Below are positions 58,201 to 64,000 of a DNA stretch of 64,000 nucleotides, piece after piece. The position numbers and the translations under genes are program-made. The stretch is taken from positions 414,842,001-414,906,000 of the forward strand of contig OZ024740.1 of assembly GCA_964016885.1 (NCBI GenBank), given 5' to 3'. Under the pieces are notes generated by a model. The model did not search any database. It was not told the DNA's origin and was given only the letters and a program-made list of their open reading frames with translations. Positions within the stretch are counted from its first letter, which is position 1; every line of letters starts with the position of its first letter. Origin of the DNA: Eledone cirrhosa. Lineage: Eukaryota.

Positions 58201-61200
58201 CATTTCATATATATACACCACCACTACATATATATACACCACCACTACACATATATATACACCACCACTACATATATATACACCAACATTTCATATATAT
58301 ACACCACCACTACACATATATATATACAACACCACTACATATATATACACCAACATTTCATATATATACACCACCACTACACATATATATATACACCACC
58401 ACTACACATATATATACACCACCACTACATATATATACACCACCAATACATATATATACACCACCACTACACATATATACATCACCACTACATATATATA
58501 CACCACCACTACACATATATACACCATCACTATATATATATACACCACCACTACACATATATATACACGACCACTACACATATATACACCACCACTACAT
58601 ATATATACACCACCACTAGACATATATACACCACCACTACATATATATACACCACCACTACACATATATACACCACCACTACATATATATACACCACTAC
58701 TTCACATATATACACCACCACTACACATATATACACCACCACTACATATATATACACCACCACTACATATATATACACCACCACTACATATATATACACC
58801 ACCACTACACATATATATACACCACCACTACATATATATCCACCACCACTACATATATATCCACCACCACTACATATATATCCACCACCACTACATATAT
58901 ATACACCACCACTACATATATATACACCACTACTACACATATATACACCACCACTACACATATATACACCACCACTACACATATATATACATCACCACTA
59001 CATATATATACACCATCACTACACATATATATACACCACCACTACACATATATACATCACCACTACACATATATACACCACCACTACATATATATACACC
59101 ACCACTACATATATATACACCACCACTACATATATATACACCACCACAACACATATATACACCACCACTACACATATATACACCATCACTACATATATAT
59201 ATACCACCATTACACATATATACACCACCACTACATATATATACACCACCACTACACATATATACAGCACCAGTACATATATATACACCAACATTTCATA
59301 TATATACACCACCACTACACATATATATATACACCACCACTACACATATATATACATCACCACTACATATATATACACCACCACTACACATATATATATA
59401 CACCACCACTACACATATATACACCACCACTAGACATATATACACCACCACTACATATATATACACAACCACTACACATATATACACCACCACAACACAT
59501 ATATACACCACCACTACACATATATACACCACCACTACACATATACACCACCACTACACATATATACACCACCACTACACATATATACACCACCATTACA
59601 TATATATACACCACCACTACACATATATACACCACCGCCACACATATATACACCACCACTACATATATATACACCACTACACATATATACACCACCACTA
59701 CACATATATACACCACCACTACACATATATACACCACCACTACACATATATACACCACCACTACACATATATATACACCACCACTACATATATATACACC
59801 AACATTTCATATATATACACCACCACTACACATATATATATACACCACCACTACACATATATATACACCACCACAACATATATATACACCACCACTACAT
59901 ATATATACACCATCACAACATATATTTATACACCACCACTACACATATATACACCACCACTACACATATATATACACCACCACTACACATATATACACCA
60001 CCACCACTAGACATATATACACCACCACTACACATATATACACCACCACTACATATATATACACCACTACTACACATATATACACCACCACTACACATAT
60101 ATACACCACCACTACATATATATACACGACCACTACATATATATACACCACCACTACATATATATACACCACCACTACACATATATATACACCACCACTA
60201 CACATATATACACCACCATTACATATATATACACCACCACTACACATATATACATCACCACTACATATATATACACCACCACTATATATATATACACCAC
60301 CATTACATATATATACACCACCACTACACATATATATACACCACCACTACACATATATACACCACCACTACACATATATACACCACCACTACACATATAT
60401 ACACCACCACTACACATATATACACCACCACTACACATATATACACCACCACTACACATATATACACCACCACTACACATATATATACACCACCACTACA
60501 TATATATACACCAACATTTCATATATATACACCACCACTACACATATATTTATACACCACCACTACACATATATATACACCACCACAACATATATATACA
60601 CCACCACTACATATATATACACCATCACAACATATATTTATACACCACCACTACACATATATACACCACCACTACACATATATATACACCACCACTACAC
60701 ATATATACACCACCACTACATATATATACACCACTACTACACATATATACACCACCACTACACATATATACACCACCACTACATATATATACACCACCAC
60801 TACATATATATACACCACCACTACACATATATATACACCACCACTACACATATATACACCACCACTACACATATATACACCACCATTACATATATATACA
60901 CCACCACTACACATATATACATCACCACTACATATATATACACCACCACTATATATATATACACCACCACTACACATATATATACACCACCACTACACAT
61001 ATATACACCACCACTACACATATATACACCAACACTACACATATATACACAACCACTACACATATATATACAGCACCACTACACATATATACACCACCAC
61101 TACACATATATACACCAGCACTACACATATATACACCAGCACTACACATATATACACCAGCACTACACATATATACACCACCACTACACATATACACCAC

Positions 61201-64000
61201 CACTACACTTATATACACAACCATTACATATATATACACCATCACTACACATATATACACCACCACCACACATATATACACCACCACTACATATATATAC
61301 ACCACTACACATATATACACCACCACTACATATATATACACCAACATTTCATATATATACACCACCACTACACATATATATACACCACCACTACATATAT
61401 ATACACCACCAATACATATATATACACCACCACTACATATATATATACACCACCACTACACACATATATACATCACCACTACACATATATACACCACCAC
61501 TACATATATATACACCACCACTACACATATATACACCACCACTACATATATATACACCACTACTACACATATATACACCACCATTACACATATATACACC
61601 ACCACTACATATATAGACACCACCACTACATATATATACACCACCACTACACATATATACACCACTACACATATATATACAGCACCACTACACATATATA
61701 CACCACCACTACAGATATATACACCAGCACTACACATATATACACTAGCACTACACATATATACACCAGCACTACACATATATACACCAGCACTACACAT
61801 ATATACACCAGCACTACACATATACACCACCACTACACATATATACACCACCACTACACATATATACACCACCATTACATATATATACACCATCACTACA
61901 CATATATACACCACCACCACACATATATACACCACCACTACACATATATACACCACCACTACATATATATACACCAACATTTCATATATATACACCACCA
62001 CTACACATATATATATACACCACCACTACACATATATATACACAATCACTACATATATATACACCACCAATACATATATATACACCACCACTACATATAT
62101 ATATACACCAACACTACACATATAAACATCACCACTACATGTATATATACACCAACACTACACATATAAACATCACCACTACATATATATACACCATCAC
62201 TATATATATATACACGACCACTACACATATATATACACGACCACTACACATATATACACCACCACTACATATATATACACCACCACTACATATATATACA
62301 CCACTACTTCACATATATACACCACCACTACACATATATACACCGCCACTACATATATATACACCATCACTACATATATATACACCACCACTACATATAT
62401 ATACACCACCACTAAATATATATACACCACTACTACACACTTATACACCACCACTACACATATATACACCACCACTACACATATATATACATCACCACTA
62501 CATATATATACACCACCACTACACATATATATACACCACCACTACACATATATACATCACCACTACACATATATACACCACCACTACATATATATACACC
62601 ACCACTACACATATATACACCACCACTACATATATATACACCACCACTACATATATATACACCAGCACTACATATATATACACCACCACAACACATATAT
62701 ACACCACCACTACACATATATACAGCAACACTACATATATATACACCAACATTTCATATATATACAGCACCACTACATATATATACACCAACATTTCATA
62801 TATATACACCACCACTACACATATATATATATACACCACCACTACATATAAATACACCAACATTTCATATATATACACCACCACAACACATATATATATA
62901 CACCGCCACTACACATATATATATACACCACCACTACATATATATACACCACCAATACATATATATACACCACCACTACACATATATACACCATCACTAT
63001 ATATATATACACCACCACTACACATATATATATACATGACCACTACATATATATACACCACAACTAGACATATATACACCACCACTACATATATATACAC
63101 CACCACTACATATATATACTCCACCACTACATATATATACACCACTACTTCACATATATACACCACCACTACACATATATACACCACCACTACATATATA
63201 TACACCACCATTACATATATATACACCACCACTACATATATATACACCACCACTACACATATATATACACCACCACTACATATATATCCACCACCACTAC
63301 ATATATATCCACCACCACTACATATATATCCACCACCACTACATATATATACACCGCCACTACATATATATACACCACCACTAAATATATATACACCACT
63401 ACTACACATATATACACCACCACTACACATATACACCACCACTACACATATATATACATCACCACTACATATATATACACCACCACTACACATATATATA
63501 CACCACCACTACACATATATACATCACCACTACACATATATACACCCCCACTACATATATATACACCACCACTACACCTATATACACCACCACTACATAT
63601 ATATACACCACCACTACATATATATATACACCACCACTACATATATATACACCACCACAACACATATATACACCACCACTACACATATATACACCACCAC
63701 TACATATATATACACCACCACTACACATATATACAGCACCACTACATATATATACACCAACATTTCATATATATACACCACCACTACATATATATACACC
63801 ACCACTACACATATATATACACCACCACTACGTATATATACACCAACATTTCATATATATACACCACCACTACACATATATATATACACCACCACTACAT
63901 ATATATACACCAACATTTCATATATATACACCAACACTACACATATATATATACACCACCACTACACAAATATATACACCACCACTACATATATATACAC

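Larger units (their letters stand above)
27670..64000. repeat. 21-bp tandem satellite TACACCACCACTACA(C/T)ATATA, more than 35 kb, continuing past the window end
   Basis: Continuous monomers; 19/23/25-bp variants from TA slippage; almost G-free + strand; recurrent variant monomers (CACCAACATTTC, TCCACCACC, CACCAGCAC, CTAGAC, CTTCAC). Confidence 0.99.

Noticed and set aside
27559-64000. Long ORFs (up to 661 aa) encoding HHHYTYI / TTTTHIY / PPLHIYT or VVVVYI / CSGGVY repeats
   Set aside because: They are translations of the 21-bp monomer. A nearly G-free strand rarely forms stop codons, and frames switch at every TA slip, which shows no frame selection.

Overview
AT-rich animal (metazoan) genomic DNA. 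The repeat repertoire (CORE- and Meta-type tRNA SINEs, RTE LINEs with (GAT)n tails) suggests a coleoid cephalopod such as Octopus; this is an inference, not a database result. Bases 1-27.6 kb are intron/intergenic-like and densely packed with transposons: a young 5'-truncated Tx1/L1-clade LINE with an intact 450-codon ORF, a near full-length but disrupted CRE-like RLE retrotransposon with a frameshifted N-terminal PHD finger, many RTE fragments, SINEs, and piggyBac- and Tc1/pogo-type MITEs. A few possible host exons are weakly supported. Bases 27.67-64 kb are a 21-bp satellite (consensus TACACCACCACTACAYATATA) with kilobase-scale higher-order duplications and one 985-bp RTE insertion whose empty site survives in a sister copy. 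The most unusual signal is a cluster of hammerhead-ribozyme motifs at 20.2-25.5 kb. Two of them lie in ~200-bp elements of the form (TA)n - long fold-back hairpin - short tail - (TA)n, probably non-autonomous Penelope-like or retrozyme-like elements. The long His/Thr/Pro or Val/Cys ORFs in the satellite are artefacts. All alignments were done by eye.
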